DNA of 63,499 nt, counting the filler, from Octopus bimaculoides (lineage: Eukaryota): NCBI RefSeq assembly GCF_001194135.2. It is 8 parts of 7 records of this genome, joined end to end, with 100 filler letters (N's around TTAATTAATTAA, not from the genome) between each part and the next. Parts side by side here need not be neighbours in the genome. Positions count along the whole stretch, not along the records: positions 60,207 to 63,499 come from NC_068994.1; 7 more parts are not named here. The stretch is one strand, 5' to 3'. A program made the translations under genes and the position numbers. Below, piece after piece: positions 63,479 to 63,499 of this stretch. The notes under the pieces are model-generated. The model was given only the letters and a program-made list of their open reading frames with translations. It did not search any database and had not been told where the DNA came from. Position 1 is the stretch's first letter, and every line of letters starts with the position of its first letter.

Positions 63479-63499
63479 TATTTTGTGTAATAGAATTCA

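Overview
AT-rich, microsatellite-saturated animal genomic DNA with many assembly gaps. The SINE families, R4/Dong-type LINEs and simple-repeat load look like an octopus (coleoid cephalopod) genome; that is my recognition, not a database result. No intact host gene is evident. Almost every ORF in the supplied track is a microsatellite read-through, spans Ns, or is a transposon relic. Recognisable content: (i) five tRNA/RTE-type SINE families in many copies plus a ~500-bp element that sits in (AAT)n; (ii) LINE relics: three RLE/R4-Dong fragments, four RTE fragments, and a probable RTE C-terminus with three C2H2 fingers; (iii) Penelope-like (PLE) relics with a GIY-YIG domain and inverted or tandem 3' copies; (iv) DNA transposons: two mariners (one near full length with TIRs and TA TSD), a Tc1 fragment, a Helitron helicase fragment and several MITEs; (v) a 264-bp solo LTR with a 5-bp TSD. 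The most interesting signal is a set of minimal type-I hammerhead ribozyme motifs. One lies in a composite element (inverted terminal copy + tRNA-like Pol III head + (AAT)n with a Dong insertion + hammerhead). One is canonical with a perfect 12-bp stem II. Three share a non-canonical CUG(U/C)NGA core. All structure calls were made by eye and need computational and experimental checking.
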